A stretch of DNA of 64,000 nt from an uncultured virus (IMG/VR IMGVR_UViG_3300044633_000831) (Duplodnaviria > Heunggongvirae > Uroviricota > Caudoviricetes). Positions 42,338 through 52,500 of the stretch are shown here, in pieces; positions within the stretch are counted from its first letter, which is position 1; each line of letters starts with the position of its first letter. The notes under the pieces were generated by a model, which was given only the letters and a program-made list of their open reading frames with translations, was not told the origin of the DNA and ran no database searches. The translations under genes were made by a program, and so were the position numbers. The stretch lies in IMG/VR virus record IMGVR_UViG_3300044633_000831; one strand, given 5' to 3'.

Positions 42338-42939
42338 TTAATTTATATATTAGATTAGAAAACGGCGTGCCTGTTGAACACCCAATTACTGGAAGTAATT
42401 TACAATACTTATTTCCAACTATTGATTTAGAAAATAACTTACCGGAAAATTTTGCAAAATTTCAACGGAACCCTATTCCTGAGTTAAGTGTTTATGAAAA
42501 ATTTGAAGGCACTACTTATGAATTTATTGATGGTGTAGTTCAAGATGTGCATAAAATTTCTAAAATGTCAAAAACTGAAATAAAGCAAATTCAAGATAAT
42601 GTAAAAACAAATTGGAAATCTAATCCTCTTGCATTTAAAAGTTGGAAATTTAATACAGAAACTTGTAGTTTTGAAGCACCGGTTGCGCGTCCAAATGATG
42701 GTAAATTGTATGAGTGGGATGAATTAACCGTAAATTGGAAAATACATGATCCTGCGTCTGTAATTCCATTAACTATTGTAAACAATGAAATAGTTACTGA
42801 GATGATTGAAAACGGAACATTACCAACTGAAGTTGACCCAACAATTGTCAACGACCTAGTAATTAACGAATCTGAAACACTAGTTGATGATGTACCAGTT
42901 AATGAACCTGCGGTAACGGATACACCAGCTGCGGAATAG
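42334..42939 (+). CDS. Tail fibre assembly / chaperone-like protein
   Basis: SW.FN.ETC.FEAPV.RP.DG..Y.WDE motif; ATGA overlap with the adhesin gene. Confidence 0.6.
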   Translation: MINLYIRLENGVPVEHPITGSNLQYLFPTIDLENNLPENFAKFQRNPIPELSVYEKFEGTTYEFIDGVVQDVHKISKMSKTEIKQIQDNVKTNWKSNPLAFKSWKFNTETCSFEAPVARPNDGKLYEWDELTVNWKIHDPASVIPLTIVNNEIVTEMIENGTLPTEVDPTIVNDLVINESETLVDDVPVNEPAVTDTPAAE

Positions 42940-42951
42940 AAGTTTACAATC

Positions 42952-42985
42952 AATCCCGCATATTTAATAGTATGCGGGATTTTTA
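42952..42985 (+). terminator. Rho-independent terminator
   Basis: AATCCCGCATAT-TTAATA-GTATGCGGGATT followed by TTT. Confidence 0.85.
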
Positions 42986-43028
42986 TCAGCTTAAAAACTG
43001 ACTAAATACAGTACAACAATGAGATATT

Positions 43029-43330
43029 ATGAATTTTTCTAATTTTTTTTAACAGGGTTGAAAAATACTCTTAAACTCAAACGAGGGTTAAACTTATCGT
43101 ATACAGGTACTGTAGTTAAAATTCCAGAAGCTACTGTATTTGATAAATGGTCTGTTGGTGATTTTTCAAGTGCAGAATATAAAGTAGTAATTGAATACGG
43201 CCCTAATGACATTGAACATATTAATTTAACAATTACCGCTAGAGTAAATTTTGCTAGTGTGTTAGTGTATGGCAGAATAAATTCTGGAATGTTATCCCAC
43301 TTTAAACCAGTGTTTTCAGTTACTCTATAA
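43029..43330 (+). pseudogene. Frameshifted and truncated paralog of the N-terminal domain of 43777
   Basis: ATG at 43029 after GAGA; a T8 run at 43043-43050 causes a stop (T9 would give MNFSNFFLTGLKNTL); D.W.VGDFSSA.Y...GRI matches 43777; similarity ends at about 43285. Confidence 0.7.
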
Positions 43331-43677
43331 AACATACCAGGATTTGGAACAAATGGATCTTTAGTTTCACTGCCAGGTGCCCAGTACATACCAATTACTT
43401 TTACACCTTGCGCACGTACATGCGATTCTACTGCTTCTGTAAATTTTTGAAGATCTTCGAAACTAACTGGATGTTTTTTAAATTGATTAATAAACAGTAC
43501 AACTGAAATATTTTTTACTTTTAACTTATTAAAAAATTCAGTAGAAATATCAAAAAACGTTAATGTTTCTGTTTTAATATCAGTTAATGATGGATCTATT
43601 AACGTACCATATGGGAACAATCCGATTTGTAACTCATTAGCAACAGATTGATTTAAAATATATTTGTATCGATTCAT
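43039..43677 (-). pseudogene. Truncated, degenerate HAD-IIIA (GmhB/histidinol-phosphatase-like) gene running into the antisense of its neighbour
   Basis: VVLFINQ and PNPGMF motifs; motif I DxD replaced by FPYG; C-terminal GD motif missing after about 43285. Confidence 0.55.
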
Positions 43678-43776
43678 GTAAGTTTCCTATCTATCAGGTA
43701 CTTATAAGTTATTGGTATATCATAGTATTAATAGTGATTATTTTTTTACTAAATACATACAATAATGGAATCTAAA

Positions 43777-45525
43777 ATGCATTTTACTGATTATTTTAAA
43801 CGTGGTACACATAACACTTTGCAATTTAACAACTCGGCTAACCTGTCCTTTAAAGGGCCAGCTACAACAGTGTACGTTGATACCGAAATTGACTCGTGGT
43901 ATGTTGGTGATTTTTCTAGTGCAAGTTATCACATTACTGTAGAATTTGATTCTAACCAAAAAGAAACATTACAAGTTTTAGTTGTTGCTAGACCAGGACA
44001 CGCAAGTTACACAATATTTGGACGAATTAGTATCGATGCTGAACTCATTACACTATCGGCTAGTGTAACAAACAGTAAAATGATCCTAACTGCAAACCCA
44101 GCAGACCCTGAATTTTCCGGTGCTCGTATAATATTTACAGCTACATATTCTGAAACCATTTCACCACTAACATTACCAACTGCAGTATCAACACCATCTA
44201 ATGGCGAGAATGGCGGCATACCTGTTACTATTCAACCGTCGTTTGGTAGCATTTATGTACCAGGTCAAGATAATCTAACTGCTAGTATAGAAACAGATGC
44301 ACTTACTATAATAAATGGATCAGGAATTGCTATTACTACCAACAGTGTTAGCAAATCACTAACAATTAGTTCATCAATTAATTCTTTTAATAACTTTGTA
44401 GTTACAGGATACGCTTCGCTATCACCTTCTACATCAACTGATACGCTGACATTTACAGCAGGAAATGGTGTTTTAATTAACCCTAATTCTTTATCAAAAT
44501 CTATAACATTTTCAGCTCCGATCGCTAGCACAACTGTGTTAGGCAGTGTAAAAGTAGATGGGTCAACTATTACGATTACCAATGGAGTGATTAGTGCTGC
44601 TAGTATTGCAGATAGTTTACCAGTTGCAACTACTTCTACATTAGGCGGAGTTAAAGTTGACGGATCTACTATTACTATTTCTAGTGACGGTGTTATTAGT
44701 TCTGCAGGCGGTTCTGGAACAGGCGGTTCTGGAACAGGCGGATTAATTATTACTTCATTAAAAACTGCAGATTACGTTGCAACGCCATCTCAATTAGTTA
44801 ATGTAGATACAACCGGCGGAAGTATTAGCGTAACATTACCAAGCTTGCCAACTAATGGTACAGTAGTCGGCATTATCGATTCACTAGGAAAATTTCATAT
44901 TAATCCAGTGACTGTGTATCCAGGTGTAGGATCAACTATTGAGACTGACATTTCACTATTGTTAGACGTTATTAACACTTATGTTACATTCATATACGTA
45001 GCTGCTACTACTAATTGGAGAATACAAAGCACTCCATCTGTTACAGTAAATGGAACTAACTATCAATCACTTATCGGTACTATTAATGGAATAGCTAAAG
45101 GTAACGGTGCAAATGCATTAACTGCCGCTACTCCTGGAATAGATTATGTTTCACCTGGCACATCGACTTTATTTACGAAACCACAACGACCTAGTTTATC
45201 AGATGAAATTGCTCCTGCAACAGGGTCGGTTATTTGGGATTTAACATCACACCAAATTTTTAGAATCGTACTAAGTTCTAATATTACTACATTTAACTTA
45301 ACTGGAACTTTAGCGTCGTTAGTTGGATATCAATATGAACTGATTATACGATACACTGGCGGTAGTACAATATCATGGAATACTAATTTTAAATGGACTG
45401 CTGCAACTGCTCCGACATTAACAGGTACATCAGGTAAAACTGATATATTAACTTTTGTTGTATCATCAACAGACGGTGTTAACTTTTATCTAGTTAATAC
45501 TGGTATTAAAATGAATGTGGGGTAA
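43777..45525 (+). CDS. Modular tail fibre protein (start probably 43777; alternative 43765)
   Basis: LGGVKVDGSTITI repeats, DTTGG...TLP..P..G domain, KGNG...TAA motif, C-terminal W......PTLT...D domain. Confidence 0.75.
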   Translation: MHFTDYFKRGTHNTLQFNNSANLSFKGPATTVYVDTEIDSWYVGDFSSASYHITVEFDSNQKETLQVLVVARPGHASYTIFGRISIDAELITLSASVTNSKMILTANPADPEFSGARIIFTATYSETISPLTLPTAVSTPSNGENGGIPVTIQPSFGSIYVPGQDNLTASIETDALTIINGSGIAITTNSVSKSLTISSSINSFNNFVVTGYASLSPSTSTDTLTFTAGNGVLINPNSLSKSITFSAPIASTTVLGSVKVDGSTITITNGVISAASIADSLPVATTSTLGGVKVDGSTITISSDGVISSAGGSGTGGSGTGGLIITSLKTADYVATPSQLVNVDTTGGSISVTLPSLPTNGTVVGIIDSLGKFHINPVTVYPGVGSTIETDISLLLDVINTYVTFIYVAATTNWRIQSTPSVTVNGTNYQSLIGTINGIAKGNGANALTAATPGIDYVSPGTSTLFTKPQRPSLSDEIAPATGSVIWDLTSHQIFRIVLSSNITTFNLTGTLASLVGYQYELIIRYTGGSTISWNTNFKWTAATAPTLTGTSGKTDILTFVVSSTDGVNFYLVNTGIKMNVG

Positions 45526-45528
45526 TAC

Positions 45529-48204
45529 ATGTTTCCAATAGCTTCAAATTCAGAGTCTAGTTCAGAGTCTGATAGTACACTATATGTCGATGATGTCTTC
45601 AGTACACATTTGTATACAGGTACCGGAACAACACAAAATATTAACAACGGCATTGATTTAGCTAGTAAAGGAGGAATGGTTTGGATTAAAGATAGGTCTA
45701 GATCAGGAAAAGGTCACGTACTTTTTGATACCAATGTATATAATTCCACTGTTGGTCGCTATTTTTTAACGCCTTCGGGAACTGATAGTGGGTTAATTGC
45801 AAGTACAGCCGGGGCAACCGACGGAGTACTAAGTACAGGAATTAATTACACGTCTTCTGGGTTTACGTTAGGCACAGATACTGCATATTCAGTTAATAAC
45901 TATTACACAGCTGATAACTATGTTTCATGGACATTCCGCAAAGCCGCGAAGTTTTTTGATGTGGTTACTTGGACTAGTACTAATTCATCCACACAAAGAA
46001 CTATATCTCATAATCTGGGAATTACTCCTGGAATGGTAATTATAAAATCTATCAATACTAATACTAATTCTTATAATGAATGGTATGTTGCTCATAGGTA
46101 TAATTTAACTGCTCAAGGTTACTTAAATCAAAGTTATGCTTTTGCTGCGGGCGTTCCTATCATTACAGCATGGACTGACACGACTGTTACATTTGCTGCT
46201 AATTTCAATGAGGGGTCTGGTAACAGTTATATTGTTTACCTATACGCTCACGACACGTCATCAACTGGGATTATTCAGTGTGGGTCGTTTACGACAAACA
46301 GTTCAACAGATTCATTTGTATCCTTAGGTTGGGAACCGCAATATGTGTTAGTTAAAAATACAGCGGTTGGCGGGTGGATTTTGTGCGACTCAATGCGAGG
46401 TATGCCTGTAGGGTCGGCAGATGCTTATTTGATGCCAAATTCAGCCAATGCTGAATCTACGAGTAACGATTATATAAACCCTTCGGCAACAGGTTTTTAC
46501 CCAACATGGTTTAATTTAAATACAACAAGCACTTACATCTACATGGCAATCCGTCGTCCAAATAAACCTCCTACAACGAGTACGCAGGTGTTTAAGCCTT
46601 ATACATATACAGAAACCATTAGTGGTGAACAAAATGTAGGGTTTACACCTGATATGGGTATTCAAATTAGGAGGTCAGGAGAAACTCACATATTATGGGA
46701 TAGATTGCGTGGAAATACTGCCACACTAAGTACAGACAACACTGCTGCTGAAAATGGAGTGTATAGTGGTGTTGCTTATCCATTTGGCGGATTTACAAAC
46801 AATGGGTTTATTTCGGGTTTTCTTTTTAATAATACCGCAGGTGCATTATCTGAATTACTTTGTTTCAAACGCGCTCCTGGATTCTTTGATGTGGTTTGTT
46901 ATAAGGGGACTAGCACTAATACAACACAAGCGCATAATTTGACCGTTGTACCAGAGTTGATGATTGTTAAATGCAGAAACAATGGTAACACTTTATGGAG
47001 TGTTTATAATAGTACATTAGGAGCAACCAAGGCGTTAGACTTAAGCTCAACAGCCATTCCGGTTACAAGTTCAGCATATTGGAACAATACAACCCCCACT
47101 GCATCTATTTTCACTCTTGGAACCATCTCGTATGTTAACGAATCCCCTTTCAATTACGTTGCCTACCTATTTGCCACACTAGCTGGAATCAGCAAAGTTG
47201 GTTCTTATACAGGTAATGGTTCTAGTCAGAATATTAACTGCGGGTTTTCTTCAAAGTATTCCGCATTTGTTTTAATTAAACGTACAGACAGCACAGGTGA
47301 TTGGTATGTATGGGATACTGCTAGGGGTATTACAACAACTAATGAGCCGCATTTATCGCTTAATACCACTGCTGCAGATGTAACAACCGATAATTCTGTA
47401 GATTTAGCAACCGGAGGTTTTACTGTTATTCAAAATTCTGCTACTAATATCAATGTATCTAATGCAACGTATATATATCTAAGTATTGCAAGCGGTATAT
47501 CATTATCAGAAGCAGTATTTACTACACCCGGAGCAACTAATTGGACTTGTCCTGCAGGAGTAACATTAGTATGTGTAGTATGCGTCGGAGGCGGTTCTAC
47601 TAGTTCTTGGAATAGCGGCTACGGATATGCATCGGGCGGTGGCGGGCTCGGATGGAAAAATAATATCGCAGTTACTCCTGGACAAGTTTATAGTGTTGTA
47701 GTTGGTTCCGGAAGTGGGGATAGATCTGTTGCAGCATCTGCAGGTAACTCGTATTTTATAAATTTAGCAACAGTTGCCGGCCTTGGCGGAAGTAGTGGAG
47801 AAAGTGGAAGTAACGGCAACGGTGGTGGATTTGTCGGTGATGGCGGCGGTAATGGCGGGCACGGCGGGTCTCAGGTTCCAAATGAATGGGCAGGAGGTGG
47901 CGGAGCTGGTGGTTATTCCGGTACTGGCGGAACTGGAGGAAACGGAGGCGGATCCGGAACTGCCGGCTCGGGCGGAGCAGGCGGCGGTGGTTCCGGAGGA
48001 TTTCAGGGAGGAGGAGGAGTTGGGTTATACGGTCAAGGCACTAACGGAGCAGGTGGTGGCGGTGGTGGTTCAAACGGTATTTCTGCATCCTCAACTACTG
48101 GCGGATTATACGGTGGTGGCGGTGCAGTCAGTGGCGCAGGCGGCGGCGGTGCTGTTAGAATTATCTGGGGGACTGGCAGGTCGTTCCCATCAAATGCAGC
48201 ATAA
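45529..48204 (+). CDS. Receptor-binding fibre with repeated FDVV.Y.G / P.MVW.K.R domains and a C-terminal Gly-rich adhesin domain
   Basis: 891 aa; C-terminus homologous to 41339 (GGGGLGWKNNIAVTPG). Confidence 0.75.
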   Translation: MFPIASNSESSSESDSTLYVDDVFSTHLYTGTGTTQNINNGIDLASKGGMVWIKDRSRSGKGHVLFDTNVYNSTVGRYFLTPSGTDSGLIASTAGATDGVLSTGINYTSSGFTLGTDTAYSVNNYYTADNYVSWTFRKAAKFFDVVTWTSTNSSTQRTISHNLGITPGMVIIKSINTNTNSYNEWYVAHRYNLTAQGYLNQSYAFAAGVPIITAWTDTTVTFAANFNEGSGNSYIVYLYAHDTSSTGIIQCGSFTTNSSTDSFVSLGWEPQYVLVKNTAVGGWILCDSMRGMPVGSADAYLMPNSANAESTSNDYINPSATGFYPTWFNLNTTSTYIYMAIRRPNKPPTTSTQVFKPYTYTETISGEQNVGFTPDMGIQIRRSGETHILWDRLRGNTATLSTDNTAAENGVYSGVAYPFGGFTNNGFISGFLFNNTAGALSELLCFKRAPGFFDVVCYKGTSTNTTQAHNLTVVPELMIVKCRNNGNTLWSVYNSTLGATKALDLSSTAIPVTSSAYWNNTTPTASIFTLGTISYVNESPFNYVAYLFATLAGISKVGSYTGNGSSQNINCGFSSKYSAFVLIKRTDSTGDWYVWDTARGITTTNEPHLSLNTTAADVTTDNSVDLATGGFTVIQNSATNINVSNATYIYLSIASGISLSEAVFTTPGATNWTCPAGVTLVCVVCVGGGSTSSWNSGYGYASGGGGLGWKNNIAVTPGQVYSVVVGSGSGDRSVAASAGNSYFINLATVAGLGGSSGESGSNGNGGGFVGDGGGNGGHGGSQVPNEWAGGGGAGGYSGTGGTGGNGGGSGTAGSGGAGGGGSGGFQGGGGVGLYGQGTNGAGGGGGGSNGISASSTTGGLYGGGGAVSGAGGGGAVRIIWGTGRSFPSNAA

Positions 48205-48227
48205 AATAAAGATAAAGGAAATAACCA

Positions 48228-48902
48228 ATGACAATATTCCGTAGAATGACAGACGGTGCTTATCCAATAGGAGAGCAATTTATACGTAATGAAACCCCAA
48301 ATACATCATTTCCGATCAACATTCCGATTGATGTATTTTTAGACTTAGGATACGAACCGGTATTTGAAGTACCTAAACCTGAAGTAAAACAGTGGCAAAT
48401 GGCTGTCGAACTTGCTCCAGTAAAAGATTCTAAAGATAAATGGATAATGGCATGGGACGTAGTTGATATGCCATTTAATGAAATTACAGATGAAAATGGA
48501 GATATACTTAAATCTAGTGATCAAGTTAGATCAGAGTATGTCGAGTATCTTAAAACTAATTTAAAAACACAAGTAACTAATATTAGATATAGCAAAGAAA
48601 CTAACGGAATTACTTTAGACGATCATAATATTAAGACAGATCGTGAAAGCCAGACTATGTTGAATAACGCGTATGCTGCATTAAAATCTGAATTAATTAC
48701 ATCTACCGATTGGAAAATAACTGCAGATAATTGGATTACTGTTACGTTAACAGAATTAGAACCGATTGCAAAAGCAGTTGCAGTTCATGTGTCAGCTTGT
48801 TTTAATGTAGAAAAAACACACCTAGAAGCGATTGCAGAGTTATCTACTTTTGAAGAAATAGATAAGTATAACATTAACGCTAATTGGCCACAAGGAATAT
48901 AA
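48228..48902 (+). CDS. Tail fibre chaperone-like protein (DUF4376-like C-terminus)
   Basis: RY.KE..GI....I.TDRESQ...WK.....W......L..I...V..HV..CF.VE. Confidence 0.7.
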   Translation: MTIFRRMTDGAYPIGEQFIRNETPNTSFPINIPIDVFLDLGYEPVFEVPKPEVKQWQMAVELAPVKDSKDKWIMAWDVVDMPFNEITDENGDILKSSDQVRSEYVEYLKTNLKTQVTNIRYSKETNGITLDDHNIKTDRESQTMLNNAYAALKSELITSTDWKITADNWITVTLTELEPIAKAVAVHVSACFNVEKTHLEAIAELSTFEEIDKYNINANWPQGI

Positions 48903-49538
48903 ATGTCAATAAGTCAAAAACCTTTACGATCTGAAGCAGGATTTTCTAGTCCGGGATTTAATGTTGATACATCTGGTAATGTTAATATTACTGGATTGTT
49001 TAAAATAAACAATGTGTCAATTGCCGGCGGCATATCGCTACCCAGTACAACTATTTTTAGTAGTTTAACTAGCGTAGGTACACTTACAAATCTCACAGTT
49101 AGTGGAAATACTACTATATCAAATGGTACTGTTACGATTTCGTCAACAGGTACAATTACACTAACTTCTAGTGTAACTGGATCAATGAATAATGTTGCAA
49201 TTGGAAATATATCACCATCTACTGGTGGGTTTACTACATTAACAGCAAGTACGATAACAAATACAGGTGGATTAACTATCAGTCCTAATGCGTTAACTAT
49301 CAGTCCTAATGCGTTAACTATCAGTCCTATAGCTAGCGGTACTATAAATAACGTAAATATAGGTAATACAGATCCAGGAACAGGTAAGTTTACTACGCTT
49401 ACTGTTACTTCTATCCCAACAAATAACACAGATGCTACAACAAAATTATACGTAGATAACTCAGTTAACACGTTAGAAACTACTATAAAATCGTATGTAG
49501 ACACCAAATCAATTGCATTAGCAGTTGCGCTTGGATAA
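48903..49538 (+). CDS. Short fibre/adaptor protein with a 21-bp tandem repeat
   Basis: SSLTSVGTL..L, G.INN..IG...P..G.FTTL, ATTK.YVD, IALAVALG; repeat at 49272-49329. Confidence 0.7.
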   Translation: MSISQKPLRSEAGFSSPGFNVDTSGNVNITGLFKINNVSIAGGISLPSTTIFSSLTSVGTLTNLTVSGNTTISNGTVTISSTGTITLTSSVTGSMNNVAIGNISPSTGGFTTLTASTITNTGGLTISPNALTISPNALTISPIASGTINNVNIGNTDPGTGKFTTLTVTSIPTNNTDATTKLYVDNSVNTLETTIKSYVDTKSIALAVALG

Positions 49539-49552
49539 TAATGGAGAAATAA

Positions 49553-52500
49553 ATGGCAAAACAAAAAATACAGGATTACGTGTTTTTACCGGGAGTATCT
49601 AGTAATAGTAATGCTTACCCAAATGCGTATTCTTTAATAAAATCAAATAGATCTTTTATATTAAAAGAAACAGTAGCATATATTAATGCTCAAATAGCAA
49701 TCGATACGGCATCGAATTTATATCCAAATGCAGTAACCTTATTAACTAACAATAAACAATTTATAATTGATGAAATTGTCGCATGGATTACAAATCGTGT
49801 AACTAACAGCATCGCGCCATTTGCAGGTTATACAGTTAGTCAACCAACCTGGCGTCAAAATATTGGTTTAGTAATTGATGCATTAATATACGATATTAGA
49901 TACGGTGGCAATAAAAAAACAATTGATGTCTCTAAAACGTTTTGGACGGGCGGTACTGCTCAATTACTTTCTCCTACTCAAGAAATTGCAGGATTTAATC
50001 AAATCTTTTCATTAATTATTAATAATATTTTACCTAAAGTAGCATACTCTAGTCAACAAAGTCCTGTTACCTCAACACAAAATACAACAGGAAGTGCAGG
50101 TGAATCTGCAGTTCCTACTATTATAACTAATTTACAAGCAATTATTATTAATGTAATTCCAAATGGATTATCAGTATTGCCTGCAGTAACATATTCGACA
50201 ACAGTTTATGCAGGATACATATACGACTATACACGATGTGATCGTGATATCGGTATGGTAGTAGATGCATATTTACATGATTTGAGATATGGCGGAAATG
50301 CTAAGACACGGTATGTATCTTCAAGATTTTGGAATGGTTCAGTTCCGCAAATCGTAGGTGACAGACGTCCTGAGATTACTGCTCAACAATTTGTTATAAC
50401 ATTAATTACAACTAAATTGTTACCACAAGCACCTTATACACCGTTACAAACTACTGTTTCTAGATATACTAACAATGCAATTGCATACGAATCAGTTAGT
50501 GTCACTAGAATAAATTCATTATCTTCTAGTTTTATAAGTGTATTAACTAACGGTTTAGGAAGTTTACCAACACTAGTCAACGGTGTAACTACTATTAAAC
50601 TACAAGGCAGACATAAATTAGAAACATTATTGATGATTACTAATACTACTAGTAACCAAATTTTGTATAATTTTGTAGATCCGACACTTGGCGGTGCAGT
50701 TACTATTGATACAGGATATGTTAGTAACGATTATTATCAAGATGACGATTTCCAATCATATAGAAACATAACCGATTATACTACTACATTAATACTCGAA
50801 GCTGATACATCAACTGCATCAATAGCTGATGATATTCAAATATTTGTTGAAGCAAAAGAACAACGCACTCGCCCATATGATTTTGGTACAGATGCTATTG
50901 AAAGACATCGTGTTGCTCAACCACAATCAATGCTTGACGCTGACTTTGAGTACGGATTACAGCCAACAAAGTGGCAATCTTTTGGTTTATCTAGAGGATA
51001 TCCGTCAGTATTTGAAGTTCCGGGTACAGATACCCCAGTAGTTACTGTAGTAACTGATGCAAGTACTGGTACTGGCGGAACAGGACAATCATTAATTACA
51101 GTTACAACTACTGCTCCTCATGGGTTTACAGTAAGTACGCCGATTACTATTAAAGCATTAGCAAACAGTATTTCTGGATTTTCAAGAGCAGAAGGTACAT
51201 TTTTAATTAGTTCAGTTCCGACTACGACAACATTTACATATTATGCAGTATCAAAAGTAGGTGCAAATAACGGTGATGTGTTAGCTACTTCATATACACA
51301 ACTAAGAAGAGGAAGTTTCTATACTGGAGCATCAATCGGATCTCCGTCTTTTTCAGTACTAAGTAACGGATCCATTACAACATTTACATCTTTTTTAACT
51401 ACAACAGCTGGAACTAATCAAATTACGTATACCGGAACTACTCCTAGTATCGGAGCTCCTTTATCCGGAACAGGTATGCGATCTGGTACGCAGGTAACTA
51501 GTGTAATCGGAACAGTTAATGTTGTTTCGACTATTCAAACCAACGTTAACATTAATGACACAGAAATTAACGTAGTAGATGCATCTGGTATTTTAGAAGG
51601 AATGGCAATTGATAATGGGTCAGGTACTGCAATTTTTGTAAGCAGCGTAACCGGAACTACTGTTAATTTAAACCAACCGGTTACTACGTTTAGATTAGGA
51701 AATACTACAACTTATACAAATGTATCAGGCACCAACATAACATTTACTGGAACAAATGCATCATTTAATGTTAGCCGAGTAGATGGTGAATATGTAGTCA
51801 CTATTGCAAATGGCGGGTCAGGATATCAATCTGGAAATCGTGTTAAAGTATTAGGAACAGATTTAGGAGGAATTTCACCAATTAACGATTTAATAATAAC
51901 TGCAGATATTACTAGTAACGGTGAAATTCAATCGATTACTACTGCAGGAACAAGTGTAACTGGTGATACTTCTTATATTTTAGAAGCATCGTTTAGCAAT
52001 ACTCTAACAGGTGTTGATGCAGAATTTGGAATAACATGTTCAAATTCCGGCTATACACTTAACATTGTTAATTACGGTTCGCTTTATCAGCCAGGTGAAA
52101 CATTAACCTTTTTAGGTTCGTCGTTAGGCGGCACGTCTCCAGAAAATGATCTAGTAGTAACAGTTGAAACAATTAATCCTAATAACAATGAGATTTCTAC
52201 ATACTCATTTGTTGGAACTCCCAGATCTAGTGATACGTCATTTGGTACTCAAAATAGCGTAGTAATTGACCCAATTGGCGCAAATGGAACATTTAACATC
52301 GTAAGGTCTAATTCTGCATATACTGTTACAGTTAATGGCGGCGGAACTAATTATTATAAAGGTGATCAAATTTTAATATCAGGAACTAGCATGGGCGGAA
52401 TTAGCCCAGACAACGATGCAGTATTGATAATATCAGATGTTAGCTCAAATGTTATTACCGATGCAACGATTACTGGTACCGGAGCCGCAGGCACAGCAAT

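Noticed and set aside
43029..43760. Invertible fibre switch (Mu G-segment or shufflon-like)
   Set aside because: No flanking inverted repeats, no recombinase, and the missing gene halves were not found in the window
4490..49329. CRISPR-like arrays among the short repeats (4490, 8982, 44705, 49272)
   Set aside because: All are in-frame coding tandem repeats without unique spacers
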